Part shown: piece by piece, positions 1-11,399 of the stretch
Numbering within the stretch: the stretch's first letter is position 1
How the letters are laid out: every line of letters starts with the position of its first letter
Assembly (NCBI RefSeq): GCF_964204645.1
Contig: NC_134026.1
Coordinates: 14,542,150-14,606,149 of the forward strand
Source of the DNA: Tubulanus polymorphus
Lineage: Eukaryota; Animalia; Nemertea
DNA: 64,000 nucleotides
Direction: 5' to 3'
Made by a program: the position numbers and the translations under genes
The notes under the pieces: model-generated
Databases searched by the model: none
What the model saw: the letters and a program-made list of their open reading frames with translations, nothing else
Told to the model about the DNA's origin: nothing

Positions 1-3000
1 GCTATAATAAGTTGTTTACATCCAACAGAAGATATTACACATAGTTTTAGATTAACTCATTATAAACCATTTGAAAATAATTATAAGATAGATAAGTATC
101 CTGTTAGAATTAAAAACATCCCAAAAATAGAAAGAGATAATAATCTTAAAATAAATGTATTTGATTTAATTAAATTACCAAATACAAAAGGAAATAATAT
201 TAAACATTATACATTAGAACCTTTATACCTATCAAAAGATTATGATTCAAATGATGTTATAGATATACTATATTATGAGAATCATTATATGTGGATTAAA
301 CAAATAGATTTATTTTTCAAATCAGAAAATGATCACCATAAAATATATCTATGTAGAAAATGTTTACATAGATTCAGTAATGAAAGTACATTATTAAATC
401 ATAAACAACTATGTGATAATCATGATTATTGTAAATTAGTTTTACCAAATGAAAAAGATAAAATATTAGAATTCAAAAAATATGATTACAAAAATAAAGT
501 ACCATTTGTAATATATGGAGATTTTGAATCATTAAATAAAGAATTAACAGATAAAGATAGAAAAGATATATATTATAAAAGAAAGAAATTAAATTCTAAT
601 GAAAGTGATTATTCAGATGAACCACCAATAACAAATACTATTAAAAAGATTCATCAATCAGCTGCAGCTTTCGGGTTATATATTAAATCTAATTATCCAG
701 AACTAATCGAAAGTGAATATTATAATTATAGAAATGAAAATGTTATCAATCATTTTTGTGACTTATTAATTGAATATGAAATAAGATTTAGTAAATTATT
801 GAATACAAATAAAGAAATAATTATGACAGAAGAAGATAAAGAAGAATTTGAGTTTGCAGATAAATGTTATTATTGTGAAAAGATATTTAATTATAAAGAT
901 AAAAAAGTAAGAGACCATGATCATTTGAATGGAAAGTTTAGAGGCGCTGCACATGAGAATTGTAACTTACAAGCTAAGAAAATTAACTTTGTACCAGTTA
1001 TATTTCATAATCTATCGGGGTATGACGCGCATTTATTCATCAAACAGTTATGTCATAAAATAGAAGAAATCAATAATGAAATAGAAATATTAAATTCAAA
1101 TAGATCAAAAGATAAAATACCAACTTATAAATTTAGAATGTTAGCTAAAACATCTGAGAATTATATATCTTTCCAATTTGGATGCTTAAGATTTATAGAT
1201 TCATATAGATTTTTAAGTAGTTCATTAGATAACTTATCAAAATCATTAGTTGATGACGAATTAAAGATATTAAAAGAATATTACCCAAATAATGATGATT
1301 TTCAATTAATGAGATATAAAGGAGCAATTCCATATTCATTTTATAAATCACATAATGATTTTAAAATAACTGAATTATTGAAAGAACAATTTTATGATGA
1401 ATTAAAAAATGAATATGTAAAAGATGAAGTTTATAATAGAGCATTGAATATTTGGAATCATTTCGAAATTAAAAATCATGGGCAATTAGTAGATTTATAT
1501 TTAAAATCAGATGTATTATTATTAACCGATATATTCGAAAGGTTTAGAGATGTAAACCTAAAATATTTTAACATTGATCCTTGTCATTGTTATTCATCAC
1601 CAGGTTTAACATGGGATTGTGGTTTAAAATTTACAGATATAAAAATGGATTTGTTAACAAATATAGATCAATTACTATTATTTGAAAAATCTATAAGAGG
1701 AGGTGTTTCAGGTGTATTAGGTGATAGATATTTCAATGTAAATGATAATCCTGGATATAAATTATTATACATATATGCAAATAATCTTTATGGTTGGGCA
1801 ATGATGGAACCACAACCTTATGGGATGTTTGAAATAACTGAAGTTTTACAAATTGATAAATTTGATTGGAAGAAAAGAATTCTAGATATTGCAGATGATT
1901 CAGATACTGGTTACTTCTTCGTTGTAGATTTAGAATACCCTGAAAATATTAAATTCAAATCTAGAAATCTAGCATATTGTCCCGAACATAAAACTGTTAA
2001 ACATGAAGAATTATCAAATTATCAAAAAAGAATTAAACCCGATAATCATATTCATACTGAAAAGTTAATGGTAACTCAAGAAGATAAATATAATTACGTT
2101 GTGCATTATAGAATGTTGAAGTTTTATTTGAATCAAGGAATGATTCTAAAAGAAGTACATAGATATATTTCATTCAGTCAATCTAAATGGTTAGAAAAAT
2201 ATATAGATTTTAATACTACACAGAGAACTAAATCTAAAACTGATTTTGAAAAAGATTTCTTCAAACTAATGAATAATGCATTCTATGGTAAGACTTGTGA
2301 AAATATTAGAATTAGAAATGATATCGAGTTAGTCAGTAATGGTAAAAGAATTAGGCATTTACAATCATATCCTAAGTTTATAGGTAACAGAATATTTGAT
2401 GAAAATTTAGCAGCAGTTAAAATGAAAAGAACTTCAATGAAGTTCAATAAACCTATTTATGTTGGTGCCGCAGTTCTAGAAATTTCAAAATTCCTAATGT
2501 ATAAATTTTATTATAATATACTACAACCTCATTTTGGAGAAAAACACATAGAAATTCTATACTTTGATACCGACAGTTACATATTAAAGATAAAAACTGA
2601 TAACATAACAGATGATTTAAAAACATTAAAACATCATTTTGATTTTAGTAACTATCCTAAAAATCATGAATTGTTTAGCAATGATAATAAAAAAGTTCCT
2701 GGGAAGTTTAAGGATGAATTAGGTGGTGAAGAAATGATAGAGTTCATTGGTATTAGATCTAAAATGTATTCATATAAAACTAAAGAACATGAAGCTAAAA
2801 AGTTAAAAGGAATTACCAAAAGCGTTGTTGAAAAGAATATTCATTTCAAAGATTACATCAATTGTATATTTAATGAAGAAGTTAGAAAACATAAGATGAA
2901 ATGTTTAAGATCTGAAGATCATGAAATGTATATTGAAGAGATAGAGAAGATAAGTCTAAACCCATTTGATGATAAAAGATATATTTTAGATGATGGAATC

Positions 3001-3099
3001 CACACAGTCGCCTATGGTTGCAATTTAGATGAATATATAAAATTCAAAAGAGAAGAAACAAAAGAAAATGAGATTATGAAAAGGATTCTAGCGTGTTAA
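1..3099 (+). CDS. Protein-primed family B DNA polymerase (pPolB), 5'-partial
   Basis: Frame is open from base 1 (AIISCLHP...ENHYMWI). Motifs: exonuclease YGDFES and FHNLSGYDAH; endonuclease VII-like RDHDHLNGKFRGAAHENCN; KLMNNAFYGK; YFDTDS; KLKGI; DDKR. Motif A reads YIYANNLYG (catalytic Asp replaced by Tyr). Confidence 0.95.
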   Translation, partial: AIISCLHPTEDITHSFRLTHYKPFENNYKIDKYPVRIKNIPKIERDNNLKINVFDLIKLPNTKGNNIKHYTLEPLYLSKDYDSNDVIDILYYENHYMWIKQIDLFFKSENDHHKIYLCRKCLHRFSNESTLLNHKQLCDNHDYCKLVLPNEKDKILEFKKYDYKNKVPFVIYGDFESLNKELTDKDRKDIYYKRKKLNSNESDYSDEPPITNTIKKIHQSAAAFGLYIKSNYPELIESEYYNYRNENVINHFCDLLIEYEIRFSKLLNTNKEIIMTEEDKEEFEFADKCYYCEKIFNYKDKKVRDHDHLNGKFRGAAHENCNLQAKKINFVPVIFHNLSGYDAHLFIKQLCHKIEEINNEIEILNSNRSKDKIPTYKFRMLAKTSENYISFQFGCLRFIDSYRFLSSSLDNLSKSLVDDELKILKEYYPNNDDFQLMRYKGAIPYSFYKSHNDFKITELLKEQFYDELKNEYVKDEVYNRALNIWNHFEIKNHGQLVDLYLKSDVLLLTDIFERFRDVNLKYFNIDPCHCYSSPGLTWDCGLKFTDIKMDLLTNIDQLLLFEKSIRGGVSGVLGDRYFNVNDNPGYKLLYIYANNLYGWAMMEPQPYGMFEITEVLQIDKFDWKKRILDIADDSDTGYFFVVDLEYPENIKFKSRNLAYCPEHKTVKHEELSNYQKRIKPDNHIHTEKLMVTQEDKYNYVVHYRMLKFYLNQGMILKEVHRYISFSQSKWLEKYIDFNTTQRTKSKTDFEKDFFKLMNNAFYGKTCENIRIRNDIELVSNGKRIRHLQSYPKFIGNRIFDENLAAVKMKRTSMKFNKPIYVGAAVLEISKFLMYKFYYNILQPHFGEKHIEILYFDTDSYILKIKTDNITDDLKTLKHHFDFSNYPKNHELFSNDNKKVPGKFKDELGGEEMIEFIGIRSKMYSYKTKEHEAKKLKGITKSVVEKNIHFKDYINCIFNEEVRKHKMKCLRSEDHEMYIEEIEKISLNPFDDKRYILDDGIHTVAYGCNLDEYIKFKREETKENEIMKRILAC

Positions 3100-3127
3100 T
3101 AAATTTCAATAAAAATTTGTATAATAA

Positions 3128-3469
3128 ATGGAGAGTAAACAAGTACACAGTGAATTCTTAGATAGAATTAAAGATACCACAAATGTAAAATCTGTAGATT
3201 ATAAATTCAAAAAGTTAACAGAATTAACAATTCACAAGAAATATTTAATTACTAACATTGAAACAATTACTAATAAATATGGAGATAAATTAGTAATTCA
3301 TTTAGAATATGAAGGATTAAAAGGAAATACATATAAATTCAGAACATATTTACCAGATAGATTTCATAGATTATCAAGTGAAGATCTAGAAGAATTATGT
3401 TCTGGAGATTTCTATTTCGTATACAAAGGTAAGAATGAAAAAGGGCACCATGAAATAGATTTCGAATAA
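3128..3469 (+). CDS. Small Polinton protein, possibly OB-fold ssDNA-binding
   Basis: Homologues at 15522-15878 and 39061-39419; beta-rich pattern T-x-x-YG-x-KLVIHL...YLP-x-R. The fold is an inference. Confidence 0.55.
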   Translation: MESKQVHSEFLDRIKDTTNVKSVDYKFKKLTELTIHKKYLITNIETITNKYGDKLVIHLEYEGLKGNTYKFRTYLPDRFHRLSSEDLEELCSGDFYFVYKGKNEKGHHEIDFE

Positions 3470-3486
3470 GAAAATATGTAAAATAA

Positions 3487-4248
3487 ATGGTAGAATTAAA
3501 AGAATACAGAATATTTGTTGATTCTAGAAAACTTACAAATTTTAAATCTCATAATTTATTAGTACAATTAGATAGAGAATTTAAGAATTGTGTAGATTTA
3601 AAATTAGTAAATATAAGTTTATGTAATTCTTTTTACAATGTATCGGATAAGTCTATTGAACATGGAGTCTTTTTAGTTTTTAATAAAAATAAAAATGAAT
3701 GGGTCTATATATATTTAAAACCAGGGTTATATAATTTAGATACATTAGCACAAGAAATTAATAGAAAAGCCTGGCACAAATTAGGTAGTAGTTCTGGGTT
3801 TAGTATTAGATTTTTAAAAAGTGAGAGTTCTGATAGAATAAAGATAAGGTTGTCTAATAGTGAAAAACATAAAATTATGGTAAAAAAACCTATAGCTAAA
3901 CTGTTAGGAATTCTTCCAGATAGATCTTTTACAAATATTGACGCTACTACACCAAACTTAATACCTTACACACATTTTTATATTTATTGCAATTTAATCG
4001 ATCCTACAAAAACATTCGAAGCAACTAAAGATATAACTTGTAATTCTGGTTTACTAAACATTTTACCATTGAAGAATGTTAAAGAATTTGGAACGCAAAT
4101 AAATTATAATTTAACAGAATGTGATTTCAAACCATGCATTCCTAGTTTTAATAATTTTAGATTAGAAATTAGAAATCATAATGGATACTTAATTGATTTG
4201 AATAACTTTCCTGTAATTTATGAATTAGTTATAAGATGTAAAGAGTAA
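3487..4248 (+). CDS. Minor capsid (penton-like, single jelly-roll) protein
   Basis: 253 aa with IFVDSR, PGLYN, FYIYCNLI, LLNILP and LEIRNHNGYLIDLNN, the pattern of Polinton/PLV minor capsid proteins. Confidence 0.75.
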   Translation: MVELKEYRIFVDSRKLTNFKSHNLLVQLDREFKNCVDLKLVNISLCNSFYNVSDKSIEHGVFLVFNKNKNEWVYIYLKPGLYNLDTLAQEINRKAWHKLGSSSGFSIRFLKSESSDRIKIRLSNSEKHKIMVKKPIAKLLGILPDRSFTNIDATTPNLIPYTHFYIYCNLIDPTKTFEATKDITCNSGLLNILPLKNVKEFGTQINYNLTECDFKPCIPSFNNFRLEIRNHNGYLIDLNNFPVIYELVIRCKE

Positions 4249-4264
4249 TTTTTCACCTATATAA

Positions 4265-4606
4265 ATGAATATAACTGTTGGACCGAGTATATGTTTTGGA
4301 TTTGATTTTAAACATGGTAAAGAAATGAGAATTAAACTAAATGATGTAATTACTGATATAAAAAGTAAATAATTTAACAATGCATCAATGATTGATAAAG
4401 AAAAGTATAATATAGAAAAAGTAATTGATTTAATTAAATCACCTTTAGAATATTATGAATTAAATGAAGATGGAATTATTGAAGATATTAAAAACATATT
4501 AACCAAAATATATGATAATCATAAAACTAGTAATGAAATAAATGTTGAATTAATCATAAATAAGTTAACTAAATATTTTGATGATAGTAATTTTTTTGAT
4601 AAATAA
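4265..4606 (+). pseudogene. 113-aa Polinton hypothetical protein with a nonsense codon
   Basis: Intact homologue at 37926-38267; here TCA is replaced by TAA at 4370-4372. Confidence 0.8.
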
Positions 4607-4828
4607 ATGAGTGATAATAAGTGGATAATAACTGGATTATATAATGGTGCATTACTATCAGTTGGAACTGTTGGTTATTCAATGGTATTAAAAAAAGTAT
4701 TCAAAATGGGAAGTGTTAATGTTGATAGATTTGATATAAATGATATTTTAAAGTTAACATTAGCAGTTACTTTATCTAATTTAACTATTGATTATTTGGA
4801 AAAACAAAAATATATTCCTCCCATATAA
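4607..4828 (+). CDS. Small hydrophobic (putative membrane) protein
   Basis: 73 aa, two hydrophobic stretches; near-identical homologue at 37695-37925. Confidence 0.75.
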   Translation: MSDNKWIITGLYNGALLSVGTVGYSMVLKKVFKMGSVNVDRFDINDILKLTLAVTLSNLTIDYLEKQKYIPPI

Positions 4829-4852
4829 ATGCATAATTTTTTTGTTAAATAA

Positions 4853-5275
4853 ATGGCTTCTGCAATTATAACTATTATAGGATCGGCAATTGTTAACGCT
4901 TTAGCATTTACAGGTGGTGGTTATTTATTTAAACATATTGATAAAAATAGTTCATTAGGAGAACAAAGAAGACATAACTTAGCGTTAGAGAAATACAATA
5001 AAGCTGCAGAAGAATATAGAGAAAAGAGACAAAACTATATGGATTACATCAATAAAGAATTATATAATCAGAAGATTTCACACAGAGATTTTCAATCAGT
5101 TGATGATGCAATGAGTTTATATAACACAGTAACAAATAAAGAAAAATTACATCTATACAAACCTAAATTATCAGATTATTATACCCCAAGTAAAGAACAA
5201 CAGAAATATGAAATAATATGGATTTTAGGTGGAACTGTTATTGTTATATTTATTGCTTATAAGTTTACTAATTAG
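4853..5275 (+). CDS. Putative membrane protein (N- and C-terminal hydrophobic helices, central coiled coil)
   Basis: MASAIITIIGSAIVNALAFTGG...IIWILGGTVIVIFIAY; homologue at 37256-37678. Confidence 0.8.
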   Translation: MASAIITIIGSAIVNALAFTGGGYLFKHIDKNSSLGEQRRHNLALEKYNKAAEEYREKRQNYMDYINKELYNQKISHRDFQSVDDAMSLYNTVTNKEKLHLYKPKLSDYYTPSKEQQKYEIIWILGGTVIVIFIAYKFTN

Positions 5276-5294
5276 TAATTTTTATTCTAAATAA

Positions 5295-5729
5295 ATGGAA
5301 GATAAAGTTGATAGTATTGATATTATTCCTCATGATATAAATAAAACTAAATTAAAAACATATTTAGAAAAACAAATATTAGAATTTGAAAGTGACTTAA
5401 AAGTTAAAAAGAAAAAATATTTAAAAAGTAAAATTATATATTATTTGATTATAAGTGGTTCGGTTACAATTAGTTCTGTAATAACATTTTTAGCAATATT
5501 CAGTCCATTAACACCTTTATCTATATCAATTGGTGTGTTAGGATTAAGTTCAAGTGTTTTAACTGGTATAAGTTCAAAATTAAATATAAAAAGTAATAAA
5601 GAAAAAATTAAAACTAATATAAAAGAAATTAATAAATTAAAGAATACACTAGATTATATAATAAGTTTAAATGGTCATATAACAGTTGAAGAACAAGATA
5701 AATTATTAAAAGAATTAATAAATTATTAA
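5295..5729 (+). CDS. Two-TM membrane protein
   Basis: Central hydrophobic hairpin flanked by Lys-rich helices; homologue at 36803-37236. Confidence 0.78.
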   Translation: MEDKVDSIDIIPHDINKTKLKTYLEKQILEFESDLKVKKKKYLKSKIIYYLIISGSVTISSVITFLAIFSPLTPLSISIGVLGLSSSVLTGISSKLNIKSNKEKIKTNIKEINKLKNTLDYIISLNGHITVEEQDKLLKELINY

Positions 5730-5745
5730 TTTTTTAGTTATATAA

Positions 5746-7047
5746 ATGGGGTTTCCAAAAGCTTTCCAATATAATAAATCAATTAAATATGATATTCCGG
5801 CAATAGATTTTAAGAAAAATATTACATATAAAAATATAGTTTTAAATTCATTAACTAATTTAGAAATTTATGTTAATGAATCACAGTTTTTTATTTCTAA
5901 AATGGAAAATATATTTAATACATATGAAGTTACTTTTACTCGAGATGAATATCATATATATAAAGTAAAATCTAATATGAAATATTGGCAGAATCAATTA
6001 AATTTTGCTGTTTATTGTGCAACAACAGGATGTGGAATAAGTTGGAATGATCATTTAAATAACTTAGATAAAAATTTGAAGTATTCTGATTTAAAATTAA
6101 TTCACACAATATTTAGATTTCACACATATTTTCAAATCAGAATAATATTAAATGAATTAGAATGTCCTTTACCTGGGTCTAAATATTTTAAAGAATTGGA
6201 TAATAATATTAATATATCCAAGTTTTATAAAATATGTAATGAATTTAATATAAATATTAATTCCGATTTTAGAGCGCATGGTAAATTGCAAGGTGTTGGT
6301 GAAGAGTATGAAATAAAAAGAATTGATTATATGCATAGAATTTCAGCTTATCATAATTATAAAATTGATAATAATAATGGTTGGGTTAATTTCATTTTAG
6401 AAAATGGTGAAGGTTTTACAAAATCAGGTATACAAAGAATAAATCAATCTATTAGAATTTATTTGATATGTATTTTAGGCGCTCAAGTTGAAACAAGATC
6501 CCCAATAATTGGAAATGATAACACTTCATTCGATGCGCAGAAACAGTTTAAAGTTTTATTTGAAGATTCAATTCATAATGATAAAAATAGATCGATTCCA
6601 GAAAACATTATAAGATATCAAAATTATTTAGATAAATCTCATGTAAGACTTAATTATTGTATAGGCCCTAATCTATTAATTATTTCTAATGATTTAGTAT
6701 TGAAGATGGGAAATATAATTGGTTATAATAATCTAATTAAAACTGCAACAATAAATAATTCATTTGGGTTAAATGATATAAATAAAAAGATTATTACTGC
6801 TCCAAAATTAATGGAAGGTGAAAAAAATAAAAAACATATTCAATCAACTGAAACTAAAACTAAGAATATTAAATTGGTTAATGATTCCAAAATAAAAGAT
6901 TACAATACATCAGAAAATAATAGAACTGATAAAATTCAACATGATATAATTAAACTAAATGATGATAATAAATCCCATGAAAATACTAAATTAGCTATAA
7001 CTTGTATAGGAATTGTAATCGGAGGAATATTATATTTTAAATTTTAA
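5746..7047 (+). CDS. Conserved Polinton protein of unknown function with C-terminal TM anchor
   Basis: 433 aa, motif YWQNQLNFAVYCATTGCGISW; ends AITCIGIVIGGILYFKF; split homologue at 35372-36786. Confidence 0.8.
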   Translation: MGFPKAFQYNKSIKYDIPAIDFKKNITYKNIVLNSLTNLEIYVNESQFFISKMENIFNTYEVTFTRDEYHIYKVKSNMKYWQNQLNFAVYCATTGCGISWNDHLNNLDKNLKYSDLKLIHTIFRFHTYFQIRIILNELECPLPGSKYFKELDNNINISKFYKICNEFNININSDFRAHGKLQGVGEEYEIKRIDYMHRISAYHNYKIDNNNGWVNFILENGEGFTKSGIQRINQSIRIYLICILGAQVETRSPIIGNDNTSFDAQKQFKVLFEDSIHNDKNRSIPENIIRYQNYLDKSHVRLNYCIGPNLLIISNDLVLKMGNIIGYNNLIKTATINNSFGLNDINKKIITAPKLMEGEKNKKHIQSTETKTKNIKLVNDSKIKDYNTSENNRTDKIQHDIIKLNDDNKSHENTKLAITCIGIVIGGILYFKF

Positions 7048-7063
7048 TTTTTTTATTATGTAA

Positions 7064-8530
7064 ATGGATGTAGAAGGTGGAGAAGATTATGAAATGGGAG
7101 AAATGGGAAATAATAATGAAGGATATATTGATGATGATTATAATGATGCAGAAACTAATATCGATAATGATAATGAATCAGCATATAATTCTAATTTAGC
7201 AGATAGTGGTTCTAAAGGTCAATCAACAGATGAATTTGATAGAAGAACTAGATCGAGAATAAATCCTGAAAATGAAAATCCAGATTTAGTAAAACAAAAT
7301 TTAGAATATAATGAATATATTTATAATTTCAAACCTATATTTGAAAAATCTGGATATAATATCAATGTCAGAGGCGCTAGACTTTTAGTACAAGAATTAA
7401 AGTTTTTAGATGGTGAATATTATTATCGTTTGAAAGATGATTATTATATTGATATCTCTTATAAAAAACAAGAAAAAATATTAGCAGAATCAACTTTGCT
7501 TAAGTTAGACCTATCTAGAATTAAAAGAATAAGAAATAGTAATGAACCAGAAGATGTAACACAAGAAGAAATTATTAAAAATGAAAGAGTATTTAAACAA
7601 AGAATTAATGAATTATTTGAAACAATCGATAATAATTTAGAAACAGAAACAACTTCTGAACAGAATAAAACTTCTAAAACTAGTAAACTTAAATCAAATA
7701 AAGTTCCAATTGAAAAACTTTTACCGAATGGGTTACTTGATGCAACAGATCAAGAATTAGAAGATTTAGATATATTTTCTGACAAAGCAATTAGAGAAAT
7801 TATTAGTATAAGACTTGCATCTGATAAAATTGCGCATGATAAAAGTATAAGAGATTTTAAAATTAGAACTTTAGAAAAAGAATTAACTGATAAAAATAAA
7901 GAAATAGAACAATTAAAATTAGATAGAGATAATAAAGTTATTGAAGAAATTGAATTTAAAAAAAGAAATGCATATTTAGAAAAAGAAATTGATGATTTAG
8001 AATATAACATAGAATTACAAAAAGAAGAAATTAAATTATTATTAAAATCATATGATTATAATATAAATAGATTAAAAGTTATTTTTAAAGATTTGTTGAT
8101 AAAACCAAATTCTGAAATATCATTAAAAGATAGAATAAGATTATTATTTAAGTTAGAAGGTATAACAATTCTTTCAATTCTAACAGCTGTAACTATGTTA
8201 TTTACAACAATTGGTTTAGCAATATCAAATGCTTTGAAATCTACTCCTACTCCTACTCCCAATAAACCGGATAAACCTCCAGATAATAATTCTATACAAG
8301 ATAAAGTTAAAGATGGTTTAAAGAAATTAGCAAAATATTTATGGGAACTATCAAAGAAATCTGCTGCAGCATTGCCAGGAGTTATTGCTTCAATTGTTGG
8401 TTTTATATTGAAATCTGCAGGAAACATTATTAACTTTGCTGCTGAACATATTATTTTATTTTTAATTACGGTTGTAAGTGCTATTATTTTTGGGTTAGTA
8501 AATATGATATCAAAAAATATCAAAAAATAA
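7064..8530 (+). CDS. Acidic N-terminus, coiled-coil and C-terminal multi-TM protein
   Basis: 488 aa; D/E/N-rich start, heptad-rich middle, hydrophobic C-terminal segments around a Pro linker; homologues at 10301-11359 and 34004-35356. Confidence 0.8.
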   Translation: MDVEGGEDYEMGEMGNNNEGYIDDDYNDAETNIDNDNESAYNSNLADSGSKGQSTDEFDRRTRSRINPENENPDLVKQNLEYNEYIYNFKPIFEKSGYNINVRGARLLVQELKFLDGEYYYRLKDDYYIDISYKKQEKILAESTLLKLDLSRIKRIRNSNEPEDVTQEEIIKNERVFKQRINELFETIDNNLETETTSEQNKTSKTSKLKSNKVPIEKLLPNGLLDATDQELEDLDIFSDKAIREIISIRLASDKIAHDKSIRDFKIRTLEKELTDKNKEIEQLKLDRDNKVIEEIEFKKRNAYLEKEIDDLEYNIELQKEEIKLLLKSYDYNINRLKVIFKDLLIKPNSEISLKDRIRLLFKLEGITILSILTAVTMLFTTIGLAISNALKSTPTPTPNKPDKPPDNNSIQDKVKDGLKKLAKYLWELSKKSAAALPGVIASIVGFILKSAGNIINFAAEHIILFLITVVSAIIFGLVNMISKNIKK

Positions 8531-8554
8531 ATAATTAATTTTTTTGTTAAATAA

Positions 8555-9904
8555 ATGAGTGGGAGTTATATAAGTCCCTCTAAGATTTCTAGAATATCTA
8601 ATGCTATTAAAGCAGAAAGATCACATCATATAATTACTCATAACCCTTCAAATATTAATCCCGATGAAACTTTATATGTTAGAATTCCTAGATTAACACA
8701 AAATACTTTTTACGTTCCAAATAGTATTTATTTATCAGCTGATATATAAAAGTAATCGGTAATAATAATAATTATGTTGTTGATAATGTTGGAAGATATT
8801 TGATTAACAATAAAGATTGGTCCAGAAACAGTTTTCTCATTAGATGATTGTAATTTATTTATGCACTATAAAGATTTATGGTTAACTAAAGAAAACAGAA
8901 ATAATATGATATTTCAAGGAATCCAATCAGAAAACCAAAATAAATTAAGATCAGAAGCTAATAGCGCAATATTAACAAATGATGTAGATAAATTGATAAA
9001 AAGTATATATGGAAGCAAATATAAAATTCCATTAGACTTTGAATTGATAAATAATAATGCACCTTTATATAAATACGCAATTCAAGAAGATATTATATTT
9101 GAGATAACATTTGCTCCTGTAAATGAAATTGTAATATCTAGCGTTAATAAAGATATGAGTTATAAATTATCGAATATATGTTTAGAATATGATACAGTAA
9201 CTGATGAAAATATTGCTAGAACAATTCAAACTCAATACAACCAAGGGTTTTCATTATTATATGATTATATTGATAAATTTAAAACTGTAACTATTAATGC
9301 AAATGATGAAATAATAAATGAGAATATTAACTTTCCTAGAAGATCTATTAAAGGTATATTAATATTTTTTACTATTGGAACGTATACTAATGGTGCAATA
9401 AATGTTGACAATTATTATAATCCTGAAATAACAAAAGTAGAAATAACTATCGAAGGAATAGCAAATAAAATATTTTGTCAAGGAATGAGAATGATAGATC
9501 AATGGGTAGAAATAAAAAAACATTTTATGAATGAAAAAGTAAAATCATTTGAAAATTGTAACATTAATCAAATTGATTATTATACCGGTAATAAATATGC
9601 ATTATGGTTAGATTTTAGAACAACAGAGGATAATTCATTACATGGTTCTGGAAAAAAACTACAGAACACTAAAGATGGAATACAATTATTCATGACAAAG
9701 AATAAAGGAATCAAAAATTTTAAAATGCACATTTATATTATATCTGACGCACAACTAAATATTGTAAATTCTCAATTAAATAGTGTTATGAATCAAAATT
9801 TTAACTTTAATAAACATTTATATAATAAATGGAAGGAGGTAAAGTATATAACCATATTCCATACATCGATACACATGAAAATAATGATGGTTTATATCAT
9901 ATAA
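8555..9904 (+). pseudogene. Major capsid protein, frameshifted and lacking its stop codon
   Basis: ORFs 8555-8749 and 8861-9904 align end to end with the intact MCP at 11400-12647. Confidence 0.85.
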
Positions 9905-10003
9905 TACCTTGTAATATAGCTTTGATATTTGATCCTATTTTCAAAATTTATAAAACTAAACTAATAGAAATAGATAATAATAAAAGTTAAGTAGTTGATA
10001 ATT

Positions 10004-11359
10004 TATTACTGCTCCAAAATTAATGGAAGGTGAAAAAAATAAAAAACATATTCAATCAACTGAAACTAAAACTAATAATATTAAATTAAATAATGATTCT
10101 AAAATAAAAGATTACAATACATCAGGAAATGGTGCCGTACGGCACCCACATGGTGATATTAAAACTGATAATATTCAACATGAAATAATTAAACTAAATG
10201 ATGATAATAAATCCCATGAAAATACTAAATTAGTAAAACTTGTATAGGAATTGTAATCGGAGGAGTATTATATTTTAAATTTTAATTTATTATTATGTAA
10301 ATGGCAGAAGGTGGAGAAGATATTCCATTGGGTGACATGGGAAATAATGATGAAGGATATATTGATGATGATTATAATGATGCAGGTGCTAATCTTAATG
10401 AGACTAATATTGATGATGATAATTCATCAGCATATAATTCTAATTTAACAGATAGTGGTTCTAAAGCCCCATCAACAGATGAATATATTAGAGGAGCTAA
10501 ATCGAGAATACCTACTGAAAATGATTTATCAAAGAAAAATTTAGAATATAATGAATTTATACATATATTCAAACCTGTATTTGAAAGATCTGGGTATAAT
10601 ATAAATGATAGAGATGCTGATTGAGTGATTTAGATCCAGATAGAATTAAAAGAATAAGTAATAGTAATGTAATAACTGATGTTACCGACACAGAAATAAA
10701 TAAAAATAGAAGAGTATTTAAACAAAGAATTAATGAATTATTTGAAATAATCAAAAAGAAATCAGAAACAGAAACAACTTCTGAACAGAATAAAACTTCC
10801 AAAACTAGTAAACTTAAATCAAATAAAGTCCCAATTGAAAAACTTTTACCGAATGGATTAATTGATGCAACATATCAACAATTAGAAGATTTAAATAATA
10901 TATTTTCTGATGAAGCAATTAGAGAAAGAGTTAATAATAAAACCAGTTTCTAAAATATCATTAAAAGATAGAATAGAATTATTATTTAAGTTAGAAGGTA
11001 TAACAATTCTATCAATTCTAACAGCTGTAACTATGTTATTTACAACAATTGGTTTAGCAATATCAAATGCTTTAAAATCTACTCCTACTCCAAATAAACC
11101 GGATAAGCCCCCAGGTAATAATTCTATACAAGATAAAGTTAAAGATGGTTTAAAGAAATTAGCAAAATATTTATGGGAACTATCTAAAAAATCTGCTGCA
11201 GCATTGCCCGGAGTTATTGCATCAATTGTTGGTTTTATATTGAAATCTGCAGGAAACATTATTAACTTTGCTGCTGAACATATTATTTTATTTTTAATTA
11301 CAGTTGTAAGTGCTATTATTTTTGGGTTAGTAAACATGATATCAAAAAATATCAAGTAA
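10004..11359 (+). pseudogene. B-type fragments of the 433-aa and 488-aa genes
   Basis: Near-identical to the reverse complement of ~34004-35655, including the same frameshifts, with an extra ~0.3-kb deletion at ~10925. Confidence 0.85.
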
Positions 11360-11399
11360 ACATGATAAAAAATAAATATTTAATTTTTTTGTTAAATAA

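Noticed and set aside
7750-8523. Minus-strand ORFs (also 10372-11355, 34008-35285 and similar)
   Set aside because: Antisense shadows of real AT-rich genes; their recurrence only reflects the duplicated sense gene.
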